From: an uncultured Clostridium sp.
GTDB taxonomy: Bacteria; Bacillota; Clostridia; TANB77; CAG-508
NCBI GenBank assembly: GCA_930980855.1
Contig: CAKNIZ010000001.1
Coordinates: 87,198-151,197 of the forward strand
Length of the DNA: 64,000 nt
Direction: 5' to 3'
Position 1 is the stretch's first letter; every line of letters begins with the position of its first letter. The notes beneath the pieces were generated by a model, which saw only the letters and a list, made by a program, of their open reading frames with translations, had not been told where the DNA came from and searched no databases. Below are positions 60,218 to 64,000 of the stretch, in pieces. The position numbers and the translations under genes are program-made.

Positions 60218-61615
60218 TTACTCCTTTCTGCCTTTAGCTCTCTCTTTTTTCTTGTCTTTAGTTTCTTTTTCTAATTCTTCTTGTTTATCTAGTTCGTCTA
60301 AATTATTATTTATCTTTGGTACTCTTGACTTAATATCTTCACACATTTCCACCTTCTTTCTGAATTTAATTATTTTATCATTTAAAGATGAAATTTCTTC
60401 AGCTATTTTATGCCTATCATTTTCATCCTTTGATAATCTTCTTTTTGCCCAAAGTCTTTCTCTTTGGTCAAGTAATTGATTTATTTTAAATGTTATATCA
60501 TCTTTGTAATTTATCAATTCATCTAATGTTTTGATTTTGTTTTGATATAAAAATCTAGCTTCATTAGATAATTCTTCCATTCTTGAAACATCTGCTCTAA
60601 TACTTGCAGGTAACTTTTGCTGTGGTACTTTTGTTGGAAAAACTTTTAATAAATAACAATAATGATGGTATAAAGCAATAAATCCTTTTGCTTTGGCTTT
60701 TTTATGCCTTTTTGCAAAAGGAAAATTTACTTTTCTATAATTGTATACATTTTCTATAAAAGGTACTCTTACTGCTTGTTCTTCTATTATTCTTCGTTTA
60801 ATATTTTCTATTGAATAATTTTCTCCATACCTGCGTTCAATCCTAATATTTCTTTTATATGGCTCTTTTCTTATACTTATTTTATTTGCCCTAAATATAA
60901 TTTCATAGTCTAATTTTTTCATTAAATATATAAAATCTTCAAATGAATATGCTTGTCTTATTGCTAAATCTAAATCTCTTTTAGCATTTTTTGTATAGTT
61001 ATCATTATAAAAAGATTTCTTATAATAATTTTCAAAATTAATTTTACTTTTTTTACAAGGCTTTTCTTCTAAAACACTTAATCCATATTCTCTACAAATT
61101 TCATCAGAAGTATGTCTTAATCTTCCTGTATTAGCTCTGTTACTATAATATTTTTTTCCATCAGTATATGAAACTGAATTTAATACAAAATGATTATGTA
61201 TGTGATTAGTATTCAAATGAGTAGTAACTATTACTTGAAATCTATCTCCCCACATTTCATTAGCAAGTTGTACTCCAATTTTATGAGCAATCTCTGGAGT
61301 AACCTCTCCCTCTTTAAATGATTGATATGCATGGAATGCTAAAATCTTGTCTTCTTTATTATAATACTTCTTTGTATCTTGCATTTCTTCATAAGCTGAA
61401 TCTGGCTCACAATTTATTCCTGTAACAAAATATTCTTTTTCAGTTTTATTAGCATTTTTAGCATAATCAATTACATCTTTTAAATCATCAACTATTATTT
61501 CATAATTACTTTTGAATTCAATGTTTTTTGTTTTATTTTTTTCCTTTGCATAATTTATAACATGATCCATTCTTTTTACTACTTTCCACAAACTGGTTGT
61601 TGCCAAACTTACCAC
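60218..61615 (-). CDS. MOBP-family relaxase/mobilisation nuclease
   Basis: The histidine triad HLNTNHIHNHFV is relaxase motif III. The 465-aa protein has a KE-rich C-terminus. Confidence 0.85.
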   Translation of the reverse strand: MVSLATTSLWKVVKRMDHVINYAKEKNKTKNIEFKSNYEIIVDDLKDVIDYAKNANKTEKEYFVTGINCEPDSAYEEMQDTKKYYNKEDKILAFHAYQSFKEGEVTPEIAHKIGVQLANEMWGDRFQVIVTTHLNTNHIHNHFVLNSVSYTDGKKYYSNRANTGRLRHTSDEICREYGLSVLEEKPCKKSKINFENYYKKSFYNDNYTKNAKRDLDLAIRQAYSFEDFIYLMKKLDYEIIFRANKISIRKEPYKRNIRIERRYGENYSIENIKRRIIEEQAVRVPFIENVYNYRKVNFPFAKRHKKAKAKGFIALYHHYCYLLKVFPTKVPQQKLPASIRADVSRMEELSNEARFLYQNKIKTLDELINYKDDITFKINQLLDQRERLWAKRRLSKDENDRHKIAEEISSLNDKIIKFRKKVEMCEDIKSRVPKINNNLDELDKQEELEKETKDKKKERAKGRKE

Positions 61616-61618
61616 CTC

Positions 61619-61930
61619 CTACAAAAATTTTTGTTTAACTTCTTTTGCAAATTTATGCCATTCTTCTGCTTCTATTTTGTAATAATCTTTATCTATCTTG
61701 TTTGTACTATTGGCTTTATAAGCTATTTGATTTAGATTAACACCTATTTTAGAAAGTTGTTTCATCACTTCATAAAATTCCTTTCCTGGTTTTTCTTTTA
61801 TTTGTTTTTCCATTAGTAATTTTCTAAAATATTCTCCGTAAGAAATATTAGCTTTCTTACAGTCAGAAATAAGTTTTTCATTTTCTGTTTCATTTAACAT
61901 TATATCTTTTCTTATATTTCTTTTTCTCAA
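61619..61930 (-). CDS. MobC-like relaxosome accessory protein
   Basis: A small basic protein lies immediately upstream of the relaxase. Confidence 0.55.
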   Translation of the reverse strand: MRKRNIRKDIMLNETENEKLISDCKKANISYGEYFRKLLMEKQIKEKPGKEFYEVMKQLSKIGVNLNQIAYKANSTNKIDKDYYKIEAEEWHKFAKEVKQKFL

Positions 61931-62067
61931 ATCTCTCCCTCCTGTTATTCAAACTAAATAATGGGGATTGGGGCTAGCCCCATTGAATAGAATTTTGAAA
62001 CACGATATTTCCGTGTGAACAAATTCATTGCTTGCTAGGACAAGAAATCTAATTTTTGTATATAAAA
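61931..62067. promoter_or_regulatory. candidate oriT / promoter region upstream of mobC-relaxase
   Basis: Inverted repeats AATGGGG-ATTGGGGCTAG-CCCCATT and CACG-ATATTTC-CGTG lie in an otherwise AT-rich gap. Confidence 0.4.
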
Positions 62068-63069
62068 CTATACTTGTATATGTTCCTTATTTTGTGTTTT
62101 ATTTACTTTATATTGTTCTATTTCTTGTCTTCTCTTTAATCCTAACTTGTAACATAAATAATCATTTATGTCTTTTCCATAAGGTGCAGGAATATCATAT
62201 ATATTGTACTTATTTAAAGCTATTATAAGTGCTTTGGTTGCATTTCTTCCTGTTCTATCATTATCAAAATGAAGTACAATATTTTCAATATTTGTATTTT
62301 TTTCTAAAAAATTTTTTACTGCTATTGGTACTTTACTTTGTTCTATATTATTCCCTGGTTGATATACACCTGCAAGTGCTAATAGGTTTTGATTTTGATA
62401 ATCATAGCCTTTTAGTTTTAATAATGTTGCATAAGATAATAAATCTATGCTGCTTTCAAAAATATGTAATGTATTATTCTTTATTTTGCTTAACAGTCTA
62501 AAAGAAAACTCTTTTGAACTACCTTTTGCATCTCGCATTATTCTTTTTTCATTTGTACTTCTACACCCTGCATATTTAATATTATGATCATAATCATAAC
62601 CCACAAAAACTACATTATTTGTCTTATTTTCCTGGTATATTAGTTTTTGATTTATGCAATCTAAAATAATATCTTCATCAATTCCTCTACTTTTTAAATA
62701 GTCTACAACCTCTTTATTGGTACTTGCTTTTTCTGGAATAATTATCTTTCTAGGTACATTATTTATTTCTGTTTTGTGTACTTTATAGGTACTAATATCT
62801 TTATTTAATACATTTTTAACAGCTTCTTGTAGTGTCATCTTTTCAACTTTCATTAAATAATCTACTGCTGTTTTTCCTGCCTCATTAGTAGAAAATCTAT
62901 GCCATAATCCATTACTTATAATGACACTATCGTGAGATTTTAAGGAATAAGTACTAGCACCTTTTTTTACAAGTTCTGATGGATTATTATTCATAAAATA
63001 AGTTAGCAAATCTATCTGTTTTGCTTGTTTTACAATCTCTTTTGGTATAAATGCTGACATTAACTGCAC
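62068..63069 (-). CDS. DUF3991/Toprim-domain primase-like protein
   Basis: The N-terminal DUF3991-like region and the C-terminal Toprim acidic motif (VLHFDNDRTGR) are typical of Gram-positive ICEs. Confidence 0.65.
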   Translation of the reverse strand: MQLMSAFIPKEIVKQAKQIDLLTYFMNNNPSELVKKGASTYSLKSHDSVIISNGLWHRFSTNEAGKTAVDYLMKVEKMTLQEAVKNVLNKDISTYKVHKTEINNVPRKIIIPEKASTNKEVVDYLKSRGIDEDIILDCINQKLIYQENKTNNVVFVGYDYDHNIKYAGCRSTNEKRIMRDAKGSSKEFSFRLLSKIKNNTLHIFESSIDLLSYATLLKLKGYDYQNQNLLALAGVYQPGNNIEQSKVPIAVKNFLEKNTNIENIVLHFDNDRTGRNATKALIIALNKYNIYDIPAPYGKDINDYLCYKLGLKRRQEIEQYKVNKTQNKEHIQV

Positions 63070-63115
63070 CTCCTTTTTGTATTTTTAGGCATAAAAATAA
63101 GGTACTAGATTTTTT

Positions 63116-63319
63116 CTAATACCTTTCTATATAATACAGATCATTGATATTAACTTTTAATGCTTTTGCAATTTTAATAGCAAATATTAAACTTGGCATT
63201 TTGTAATTACTTTCTATATCATTTAAGTGTGTGGTAGATATTCCTGTCTTATATGATAATTGTTTTAGAGTAAGTCTTTGTTCTTTTCTAATGTCTTTTA
63301 CAATAAATTTAATTACCAT
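63116..63319 (-). CDS. XRE-family HTH regulator
   Basis: LTLKQLSYKTGISTTHLNDIESN is an HTH motif. Confidence 0.6.
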   Translation of the reverse strand: MVIKFIVKDIRKEQRLTLKQLSYKTGISTTHLNDIESNYKMPSLIFAIKIAKALKVNINDLYYIERY

Positions 63320-63971
63320 TATAAAAACTCATTGCCTCTTTTATTCCCAATTTAAAACACAAATCTTTTTCCATATCTCCCATTTCTACATCTATTTTTC
63401 TAAGTTCAATAAGTGCTTTTTGTTCTTCTTTATTAAGCTCTATAAATTCTAAATCTTCAAACACTTCTGTTGCATTAGGGTACTTTTCACTAATTTTTCT
63501 GTACCTGTCTTGCAATTCTTTATACTCTGGTGTATCAAAGCAATATTTTCTTTTTTGTTCTTCTAACCACTCTGAAAAATTATTATTGCCATAGTTTAGA
63601 AATGAATCATCATCTTTTTTAATAGATTTTTTAGGTGTAATTTCATGTGCCAATTTATTGCCTTCTACAATACCTAACTTAAAATAAATTAGTCCCCAAA
63701 AGTCTGTTTCTTCACTAGCTTTTAATTCATAATTTCTAAATAATTTTAATACATTTTTAAGTTCGTTTTCATCTGTTATAATATTTTTTAAATGATTCAC
63801 AAATCCTTCAGATAAATCAGTTATCTCTAATTCTAATTTCTTTATTTGTTCATCTTCATTATATAAATTTTGTTCAAATTCTTCTTTTCTAAAAGAATAT
63901 AACTGATCTAAAACAGGTTTATTAAATATTTCTTTCATTTCAACTTTCCTCCTTGCCTGGAAGTATAACAC
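63309..63971 (-). CDS. hypothetical protein (220 aa)
   Basis: The ORF is clean and overlaps the XRE gene start. No motif was recognised. Confidence 0.35.
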   Translation of the reverse strand: MLYFQARRKVEMKEIFNKPVLDQLYSFRKEEFEQNLYNEDEQIKKLELEITDLSEGFVNHLKNIITDENELKNVLKLFRNYELKASEETDFWGLIYFKLGIVEGNKLAHEITPKKSIKKDDDSFLNYGNNNFSEWLEEQKRKYCFDTPEYKELQDRYRKISEKYPNATEVFEDLEFIELNKEEQKALIELRKIDVEMGDMEKDLCFKLGIKEAMSFYNGN

Positions 63972-64000
63972 TATATTTTACTTTATAGAAATGTGCAAAA

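Larger units (their letters stand above)
36228..64000. mobile_element. Tn916/Tn1549-superfamily integrative conjugative element (left end near int; right end beyond window)
   Basis: An int-xis-orf8-orf7 regulatory module, a cargo block and a MOBP/VirD4/VirB4 conjugation module are arranged contiguously on one strand. The left boundary lies somewhere in 36228-36475. Confidence 0.75.

Overview
The window is a very AT-rich chromosomal segment from a spore-forming low-GC Firmicute, probably a Clostridium-like organism. This placement rests on the gene order tig-clpP-clpX and ireB-ruvX, and on the spoVT/abrB-type regulator next to mazEF.

**1-30,100: mostly core genes.**
- Housekeeping genes: gap, deoD, mntP, uppP, tRNA-Trp, efp, ruvX, ireB, spoVT, metG, clpX, clpP and tig.
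- An intact two-component plus ABC-transporter module of the antimicrobial-peptide-resistance type (20,842-26,074).
- A small GC-rich foreign islet.
- Several small palindromic MITE-like repeat families.
- A frameshifted M23 peptidase.

**30,345-32,402: a diversity-generating retroelement (DGR).**
- A 125-bp template repeat (TR) and variable repeat (VR) pair differ only at TR adenines, which encode AAC/Asn-rich codons.
- A GC-rich IMH-like box and a hairpin lie just downstream of the VR.
- The VR sits at the C-terminus of a membrane-anchored, lectin-fold-like target protein.
- The reverse transcriptase ORF is only about 190 aa. It keeps the N- and C-terminal parts but lacks the catalytic core, and there is no Avd gene.
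- This looks like a once-active, now crippled or trans-dependent DGR.

**About 36,230 to the window end: a Tn916/Tn1549-superfamily conjugative element (ICE).**
- A Tn916-like recombination and regulation module (int, putative xis, orf8-like and orf7 sigma-like genes) is followed by a pseudo-receiver protein with a Spo0A C-terminal-like DNA-binding domain.
- A cargo block carries a decayed BceRS/BceAB-like module, DUF1697, an MGMT-fold protein lacking the catalytic Cys, a HAD nucleotidase-like protein and an IS110 fragment.
- The conjugation module carries a CHAP hydrolase, sortase B, VirB4, VirB3-like and VirB6-like proteins, an MT-A70 adenine methylase, a pilin-like protein, a VirD4 coupling protein, a MOBP relaxase, MobC, a Toprim/DUF3991 primase-like protein and a candidate oriT.

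All four frameshift sites seen in the window share the same sequence context: one extra base in NNCGG immediately 5' of a Gly codon. No CRISPR array and no rRNA gene were seen.
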